Of a stretch of DNA of 64,000 nt, positions 52,702 to 64,000 are shown piece after piece (positions within the stretch are counted from its first letter, which is position 1; every line of letters begins with the position of its first letter). The DNA is from Macrostomum lignano (taxonomy: Eukaryota), in NCBI GenBank assembly GCA_002269645.1, contig NIVC01000440.1, positions 186,001-250,000 of the forward strand, written 5' to 3'. The translations under genes and the position numbers were made by a program. The notes beneath the pieces were generated by a model. The model did not search any database. It was not told the origin of the DNA and saw only the letters and a program-made list of their open reading frames with translations.

Positions 52702-54116
52702 TCACAAAAACATTACTTTAACAGGTCTGGAAGCTCTTTGAATAAAGCACGGCTTGTTAAACTTGCACTTCTTCAAGTGCTTTGACTGCCAGGCTCCCGG
52801 GGGCAGGCGCCCTGGAAGGAAATGGTTCGAAATAGGGATATTAGTGTTATAATTGTTATTTAATAAGAGTATATTTCCTTACCCTCACCTGTCTCTCTAC
52901 CCTCACCTGTCTCTCTACCCTCACCTGTCTCTACCCTCACCTGTCTCTCTACCCTCACCTGTCTCTCTACCCTCACCTGTCTCTCTACCCTCACCTGTCT
53001 CTCTACCCTCACCTGTCTCTCTAACCTCACCTGTCTCTACCCTCACCTGTCTCTCTACCCTCACCTGTCTCTACCCTCACCTGTCTCTCTACCCTCACCC
53101 GTCTCTCTACCCTCACCTGTCTCTCTACCCTCACCCGTCTCTCTACCCTCACCTGTCTCTCTACCCTCACCTGTCTCTCTACCCTCACCTGTCTCTACCC
53201 TCACCGGTCTCTCTACCCTCACCTGTCTTTACCCTCACCCGTCTCTCTACCCTCACCTGTCTCTCTAACCTCACCTGTCTCTACCCTCACCCGTCTCTCT
53301 ACCCTCACCTGTCTCTACCCTCACCTGTCTCTCTACCCTCACCTGTCTCTCTACCCTCACCTGTCTCTCTACCCTCACCCGTCTCTCTACCCTCACCTGT
53401 CTCTCTACCCTCACCCGTCTCTCTACCCTCACCTGTCTCTCTACCCTCACCCGTCTCTCTACCCTCACCTGTCTCTCTACCCTCACCTGTCTCTCTACCC
53501 TCACCTGTCTCTCTACCCTCACCTGTCTCTACCCTCACCTGTCTCTCTACCCTCACCTGTCTTTACCCTCACCCGTCTCTCTACCCTCACCTGTCTCTCT
53601 AACCTCACCTGTCTCTACCCTCACCCGTTTCTCTACCCTCACCTGTCTCTACCCTCACCTGTCTCTCTACCCTCACCTGTCTCTCTACCCTCACCTGTCT
53701 CTAACCTCACCTGTCTCTCTACCCTCACCTGTCTCTCTACCCTCACCCGTCTCTCTACCCTCACCCGTCTCTCTACCCTCACCTGTCTCTCTACCCTCAC
53801 CTGTCTCTCTACCCTCACCTGTCTCTCTACCTGGCCTACTTTCACCGGCATTTGTATCTTCTTCAATAAATATTGAATAAGCATTAAAATTGACTTGCTC
53901 ATTCACACCTTTGCTTTCATCAGTGCTCTCGCTGACGCAATTCTCGTTGCCATAGCAACCAGCAGAGTCAACAGTGACTAGGCCATCGTTGCCAGCACAA
54001 TAATCGGCATATCTGGCCCCGCAGCCAAGGTAGGCCAAAGGACAAGCATTCTCTGCCTCCATCAGTCCAAGGTCAGTAACCTGCTGGGCATGCCAACAGC
54101 ACAAAAATGCTATTTG
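52702..54116 (-). CDS. Diverged F-box-less duplicate of the 3' part of the FBXO30/40-like gene, join(54116..53909,52811..52702); alternative 3' module or pseudogene
   Basis: WHAQQ...CPLAYLGC matches WHAAQH...CPLAYLGC; LPPGAWQSKHLKKCKFN..RPVKV matches [22 protein letters not shown]; phase-1 donor/acceptor match, TGA at 52702, AATAAA (- strand) at 52672-52677. Confidence 0.6.
52870..53830. repeat. 16/18-bp minisatellite reading CAGGTGAGGGTAGAGAGA on the - (sense) strand
   Basis: Direct reading, ~50 units. Confidence 0.95.
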
Positions 54117-54827
54117 CTATTTGAATGATAATTTATTGTACGCTTGAATAAACAACTGTCACGCCAATTATACAACGCTACAGTTGCAGTCTTTGTACAC
54201 GCGTGCATTTAGGCTCAGGAATAGGGGATAGCTAGAGAGGATAGGGAGAGGAAAGAGGGAGAGAGTAGACAAGGAGACAGGGCGAGAAGTAGACAAGAAG
54301 AGTAGACAGGGAGAGAGTAGATATGGCGAGAGTAGACAGGGAGAGAGTAGATATGGCGAGAGTAGATATGGCGAGAGTAGACAGGGAGAGTAGAGAGGGA
54401 GAGAAGTAGACAGCAAGAGTAGACAAGGAGAGAGTAGAGTAGAGAGGGAGAGAGTAGACACGGAGAGAGTAGAGTAGAGAGGGGAGAGTAGACAGAGAGA
54501 GTAAACAGAGAGAGAGTAGACACGAAAAAAAGTAGCCTGGGAGAAATATTGGACAGTGAAGATAGTAGGTAAATGGAAGAGGTAGACCGGTAGGTAACAG
54601 ACAAACGAGCTGGCTAAGAAAAGAGATCAGGAAGTGAAAAACTCTATCAGCGCATATAACGGTAAATGGGTTTAAAAACGCAAACGATAAGCATGCAACA
54701 TGAGGCTCTGATCTGAGGCTTACAGTTAGCTTAAATCTCCACAAAATACTTTACAAGCCCAGCAAAGAGGAAAAATGGTAACTAAGGAGGAAACCAAAAG
54801 CAGACAGAAACTCCATTACATTACAGC

Positions 54828-55210
54828 CCTTCATTCAGCACTACTGTCTCCCTTCATTCAGCACTACTGTCTCCCTTCATTCAGCACTACTGTCTCCCTT
54901 CATTCAGCACCAATGTCTCCCTTCATTCAGCACCAATGTCTCCCTTCATTCAGCACTGCTGTCTCATTTCATTTAGCACTACAGCCCCCTCACTCAGCAC
55001 AGGCAGCACTGCTATCCCCCTCACTCAGCACAGGCAGCACTGCTATCCCCCTCACTCAGCACAGGCAGCACTGCCATCCCCCTCACTCAGCACAGGCAGC
55101 ACTGCCATCCCCCTCACTCAGCACAGGCAGCACTGCCATCCCCCTCACTCAGCACAGGCAGCACTGCCATCCCCCTCACTCAGCACAGGCAGCACTGCTA
55201 TCCCCCTTCA
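54828..55210. repeat. 23-bp and 31-bp minisatellites; the 31-bp unit overlaps the last codons and stop of the F-box gene
   Basis: CAGCACAGGCAGCACTGCCATCCCCCTCACT. Confidence 0.9.
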
Positions 55211-55746
55211 GCGGAGGCAGCACTCGCACTCGCACAGGAGCGGTTTGAGTCTCGGATCGCTGGTTGAACTCGCAGCTGGCCAGATGCTTCGACATCCAAG
55301 CGGCAGCTGGCAGACCCCCTGGCCGGTGATGGTCGAATGCGGCTTGGCCGGAGGCGAACCAGCGGGCTCTGCTTGGTTTGGACACCTGCCGCCAACCGGT
55401 GATACCGGTGGGGCTCTGGTTAGCCAGCAGCTCCCAGCCAAGTTCAACGCAACAGCTTCGGCCGCGGCGCCAACGATCGTCATCAAGACGGTGGCGCATC
55501 GCCCGGCAAGTTGAGCGAAGGCACAACAGGGCGTGGCTGTCCAGGTAGGACAGAATGCGATCGATCAGCTCGTCTGGTAGGGTCATGAGGCCTGGGCCTG
55601 GGTGGAAGTTGATAGGCGCAGAGATAGCTGTGTCTCACTTTGCCACCGGCCTGCATGCTGCCTGCCTGCCTGCCTGCCTGCCTGTCTGTCTGCCTGCCTG
55701 TCTTAGTGTCTGTCTGCCTGTCTGTCTGCCTGTCTGTCTGCCTGTC

Positions 55747-55782
<36 letters not shown>

Positions 55783-55817
55783 GCCTGTCTGTCTGTCTGT
55801 CTGTCTGTCTGTCTGCC

Positions 55818-55854
<37 letters not shown>

Positions 55855-56100
55855 GCCTGTCTGTCTGTCTGTCTGTCTGTCTATCTGCCTGTCTGTCTGT
55901 CTGTCTGTCTGCCTGTCTGTCTGTCTGCCTGTCTTAGTGTCTTAGTGTCTGTCTGCCTGTCGTCTGTCTGTCTGTCTGTCTGTCTGCCTGTCTGTCTGTC
56001 TGTCTGTCTGCCTGTCTGTCTGTCTGCCTGTCTGTCTGTCTGTCTGTCTGTCTGCCTGTCTGTCTGTCTGCCTGTCTGTCTGTCTGTCTGTTGCCTGTCA

Positions 56101-56135
<35 letters not shown>

Positions 56136-56165
56136 GCCTGTCGTCTGTCTGTCTGTTGCCTGTCA

Positions 56166-56200
<35 letters not shown>

Positions 56201-56207
56201 GCCTGTC

Positions 56208-56251
<44 letters not shown>

Positions 56252-56329
56252 TAGTGTCTTAGTGTCTGTCTGCCTGTCGTCTGTCTGTCTGTCTGTCTGT
56301 CTGCCTGTCTGTCTGTCTGTTGCCTGTCA

Positions 56330-56364
<35 letters not shown>

Positions 56365-56413
56365 GCCTGTCTGTCTGTCTGTTGCCTGTCATCTGTCTGT
56401 CTGTCTGCCTGTC

Positions 56414-56449
<36 letters not shown>

Positions 56450-58308
56450 GCCTGTCTTAGTGTCTGTCTGTCTATGTATGTCTGTCTGGATACATATCCC
56501 AATCAATCGCCCCGAAATCGTCTCCAACCCGTACCCCACTCACTACAGTAGCCATCATCATCGCTAGAATCGTCTCCAACACCGCTAGCCTTCTCATCGC
56601 CAAGACAACCAACAGAGGTATCTCGGCGAGCGAAAGCGTGCCCGAACAGATCGAACACGAGGCCTTTATCGCCTGTGAAGCGGGCGGTGCAGCCCAGGTA
56701 GGCCAGCGGACAGACTGTCTCAGCCGCGAGGGTGTCGCTGCCGGACAAGTTGGGATACAGGCGGAGGTGCTGCGCCGCGTGCCAAGAGAATTCGTCGCGA
56801 CGAACAACCTGTGCGGCAGAGAGCGGAGGAGATTAGAATAACCGCATTACTAATGGTTACCTTAAAAAGATGATAAAGATCTTTTGATAAACTTTATAAA
56901 ACACATCAACTAAAGATAATAAAAGGATTGACTTAGTAACAAAGTACAGAATCCTGCAGATTCTTGAGTACGGACACCTGTAAGATACTTGAGTACAGAC
57001 ACCTGTAAGATACTTGAGTACAGACACCTGTAAGATACATGAGTACAGACACCTGTAAGATACTTGAGTACAGACACCTGTAAGATACTTGAGTAAAGAC
57101 ACCTGTAAGATACTAGAGTACAGACACCTGTAAGATACTTGAGTACAGACACCTGTAAGATACTTGAGTACAGACACCTGTAAGATACTTGAGTACAGAC
57201 ACCTGTAAGATACTAGAGTACAGACACCTGTAAGATACATGAGTACAGACACCTGTAAGATACTTGAGTACAGACACCTGTAAGATACTTGAGTACAGAC
57301 ACCTGTAAGATACTTGGGTACAGACACCTGTAAGATACTTGAGTACAGACACCTGTAAGATACATGAGTACAGACACCTGTAAGATACTAGAGTACAGAC
57401 ACCTGTAAGATACTTGAGTACAGACACCTGTAAGATACTTGAGTACAGACACCTGTAAGATACTTGAGTACAGACACCTGTAAGATACTAGAGTAGACAC
57501 CTGTAAGATACTTGAGTACAGACCCCTGTAAGATACTTAAGCAGACAGCACAGAACCCGCAGCTCACCTGAGAGCACACCCGAGCACCGCGCGGACGCCA
57601 ATCGTGAGCCCTCGGACAGCCGTCGCCAGGATTAACAAACGCCAAGTGATGATTGACAAGCTGCGGCAGCGGAGGCTGGTGTTGATGAAGATTTGGCGAC
57701 TCGGCAAGGCAGCTCAGAATCCGAGCGGACAGGCCGCTGCTTGGCAGTCGATGAGGCTGCTCGGCCGATTTCTCCCCAGCCTCTTCTTTATCATCATCAC
57801 GATCGCCGAGTCCTTGACTACGGTAGCCTAGCAACTGGTCTAGCGGCTCACTGCCAGCCCGATGACCTTCTCCATAATTGTTGTTATTAGCAACAGACTT
57901 GGCAGACTTACTGTTACTGTAATTATTATTACTAGACGCCGGCCGACGCTCTTTAAGCATCAGCGACAGGCAGAGGGCGCTGTCGAAATTCGATCGACAA
58001 AATCCGTCCCCATCCGGACAGGCGACGCTCATGGATGACGTCACGAACTCCGGGAACAGCATCAGCGGGCACTGGACAATGGAGGCCGGACAGACAGGCA
58101 GGTGACTGGCCAACTGCTGACGAGGCAATCGCCTGTCGCAACCGTAAGCAACATTGATGCAGGGGACCAGCTGCCTGGGACAAATCAACAGGTGATCCGG
58201 CCGTTTGCAGGCGTGGAAACAGGCACCGCAGTCGCAGTGAATCATGTCGCAGCCGAGGTCGCAGCTGCGCCTGTGACAGCGGCAGCAATGATTGGCGCAG
58301 ATGTTGTC
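55176..58308 (-). CDS. FBXO30: FBXO30/FBXO40-like F-box protein with N-terminal TRAF-type zinc finger, join(58308..57568,56808..56544,55597..55176), ~475 aa without initiator Met
   Basis: [10 protein letters not shown]...[31 protein letters not shown]...[12 protein letters not shown]; RRDEFSWH...CPLAYLGC; F-box [17 protein letters not shown]; C-terminal HLASCEFN. Phases 0 and 1 match. Cannot separate FBXO30 from FBXO40; no genomic ATG seen at the 5' end. Confidence 0.88.
55665..56480. repeat. (CTGT)n degenerate microsatellite in an F-box gene intron
   Basis: Direct reading. Confidence 0.95.
56965..57540. repeat. 25-bp minisatellite in F-box gene intron 1
   Basis: GAGTACAGACACCTGTAAGATACTT; sense strand reads ...TCTTACAG|GTGTCT... 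Confidence 0.95.
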
Positions 58309-58431
58309 CTGAAAATAGGTTCAGATATCACGTGGTATGTAGCAGTTGGGCTTTTGTTTTTGTTGGAAATGCAATTCGCTAATTAGCAATGAAAGTGGGA
58401 GCCGAATATTTGATTGCTGACAATTTATGCT

Positions 58432-58555
58432 AAGGTTGGGGTTCAGGTTGGGTTTGGGGTTCAGGTTAGGGTTGGGGTTAGGGTTCAGGTTAGGGTTGGG
58501 GTTCAGTTTAGGGTTAGGGTTCAGGTTAGGATTGGGGTTCAGGTAAGGGTTGGGG
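58432..58555 (+). repeat. Interstitial degenerate telomere-like hexamer array (TTAGGG/TTGGGG/TTCAGG)
   Basis: Direct reading; same sequence type flanks the LINE at 59062-59077 and 62894-62925. Confidence 0.85.
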
Positions 58556-58565
58556 CACCTTCAGG

Positions 58566-58876
58566 CATACATGCACAACCTCTAAAATTCGGTCGGCCAT
58601 GCGACTTTGTTTTAACAAAAATGCGACGTAGTTTTTAGCCAAAATGCGACGTAGTTTTTGGCCAAAAATGCGACTTACATGTAAAAAACCCTAACGCAAA
58701 ATTAACTTTGGGTAAACGGCAGGAGTAACTATGACTGTCTTATTAAGTCAAAATGCCTCGTCAGCTACTTAGTACTACTTCGGTATTTTTTGGGTGGGCA
58801 TTTTTGCGACTTCCTTGGTTGGCCGCCAAATCGGTCGGCCGGATCGGCCGACTCGGCCGACTGTTGGGCATGTATG
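58566..58876. mobile_element. MITE copy A (CATACATGCACAAC..GTTGGGCATGTATG, 8-bp TSD CCTTCAGG) carrying a 28S rDNA fragment at 58710-58773
   Basis: TIRs match 13/14; TSD at 58558-58565 and 58877-58884; subterminal AAAATGCGAC repeats. Confidence 0.85.
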
Positions 58877-58896
58877 CCTTCAGGTTGGGGTTCAGG

Positions 58897-59061
58897 CATA
58901 CATGTGCAACCTTGGGAATCACCCAGCCATTTCTATTGGCAAAACACACATGTAAGTCACTATTGGTTCAGGTTAAGAAAGGGTAAACTCTAATAGCATT
59001 TTACATGTATGTGTTGCACATAGAAATGGCCAGGTGAATCCCTAGGTTGCAGCCAAGCATG
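58897..59061. mobile_element. Short related MITE/hairpin element with ~50-bp internal inverted repeats
   Basis: Starts CATACATGTGCAACC, ends GGTTGCAGCCAAGCATG; flanks GGTTCAGG/GGTTAAGG (7/8); 50-bp arms match 42/50. Confidence 0.65.
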
Positions 59062-59077
59062 GGTTAAGGTTAGGGTT

Positions 59078-62893
<3,816 letters not shown>

Positions 62894-62970
62894 TAAGGTT
62901 AGGGTTGGGGTTAGAGGGTTCAGGTCAAGATTGGTAGTCAATTTATAGCATGTTGATATTTGTTATTAAT

Positions 62971-63231
62971 CATACATGCGCAACCCCCCTGATTTACACT
63001 GGCCATGCGATTTACTTTTTGACCAAAAATGCGACTTACCTGTCAAAAAACCCAAAATTTTGGGTAAACGACAGGAGTAACTATAACTGTCTTATAAGGG
63101 CTAAATGCCTCGTCATCTAACTAGTGCTACGTCTGTATTCTTTGGGGTGGGCATTTTTGCGACTTACCCCTGGTCCACCAAAATTTACAGTGGCCAGATC
63201 GGCCAGGTCGGCCAGCAGTTGCGCATGCATG
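62971..63231. mobile_element. MITE copy B (CATACATGCGCAAC..GTTGCGCATGCATG, 8-bp TSD TTATTAAT) carrying a 28S rDNA fragment at 63062-63125
   Basis: TIRs match 13/14; TSD at 62963-62970 and 63232-63239; same internal layout as copy A. Confidence 0.88.
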
Positions 63232-64000
63232 TTATTAATAGTAAAATGCCTACTAAGTTTTTGTGTTATAGTTTATATAAAATATTAAACAACTTATACT
63301 TAAACTCAAAAAACAAAATTTGCTATAGTTAAGGACTTTAATGAGGGTCCCATGATTAGCCAATGCCCATATGTATATAGAAGGCAAATTTCAATAAAAA
63401 CAAAAAAGTTAATATATAGTCATATAGACTAGGTTTTTTGGAAATGATTAGGCCCTAGCTTTGTAATGCAATTATATAAATAAAATGAAATTTGAAATTA
63501 GAAATACAAAAAAATAAAGAAAGTTAGGCTAATTTGTCATAAGAAAAACTTTAAAAATATTTATTTAGCTTTCTGCCTTTCTTTAAAATGATAATAAATA
63601 AGGGTTAGACAAGATCTTGATCTTGGTTATCAAGATCTTAGAACTTTAATAAATGGCTATTAAAAAAACTTATCTTTACAAAAATAGATGCTTTCGATTA
63701 TTTTATTAAGCCTATGCTGCCTATTTTTAAAATTAAGAAATGGTAATTTCCAGCATTAAAAGCCAACAATTGTTAGGCCCTAGGCCTATTGTGACTGTTT
63801 ACAGTGATTATATAAATAGTAAGACAGTTGTTTTAATAGTCAATATATAAAACAAATCTATATACAGTATACTAATTTTGTGCTGTTTGTCAGTCAGTCA
63901 GCCAGTCAGTTGGTCTGTCATTGATTTTTTTAGAACTATCTCTCTGGTCTGGCCAATTTTTTTTTAAATCAGCTTTTAAAAAATTGTATTTTTTAATTTT

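Noticed and set aside
58432-58555. True telomere or chromosome end
   Set aside because: Short, degenerate and flanked by ordinary sequence on both sides
58710-58773. 28S rRNA gene (also 63062-63125)
   Set aside because: Only 64 bp of similarity, diverged and enclosed in MITEs; not an rRNA gene

Overview
Eukaryotic (animal) genomic DNA with GC-rich exons and introns/intergenic DNA filled by about 40 different micro- and minisatellites. The style suggests a free-living flatworm such as Macrostomum; this is inference, not proven. Spliced gene models built by hand and checked for phase: an orphan 2-exon gene (-), COX11 (+), a HAUS1-like augmin subunit (+, 5 exons), a 7-EC protocadherin (-, 5 exons), an intronless ependymin-related secreted protein (+), PLAA/Doa1 (-, 7 exons) and an FBXO30/40-like gene (-) followed by a diverged, F-box-less duplicate of its 3' exons. 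The right end is a transposon nest in degenerate TTAGGG-like repeats. It holds a nearly intact APE-RT-RNaseH non-LTR retrotransposon with a 13-bp TSD containing TTAGGG, and two related MITEs (CA..TG ends, 8-bp TSDs). Each MITE carries a 64-bp piece of 28S rDNA centred on the R2/I-PpoI/Pokey target site, with the cleavage-site core selectively altered. Best leads: the 28S-target-carrying MITE family, a probable spliced-leader-donated start codon for the F-box gene, the F-box-less alternative 3' module, and possible telomere-repeat targeting by the LINE. Repeat coordinates are approximate.
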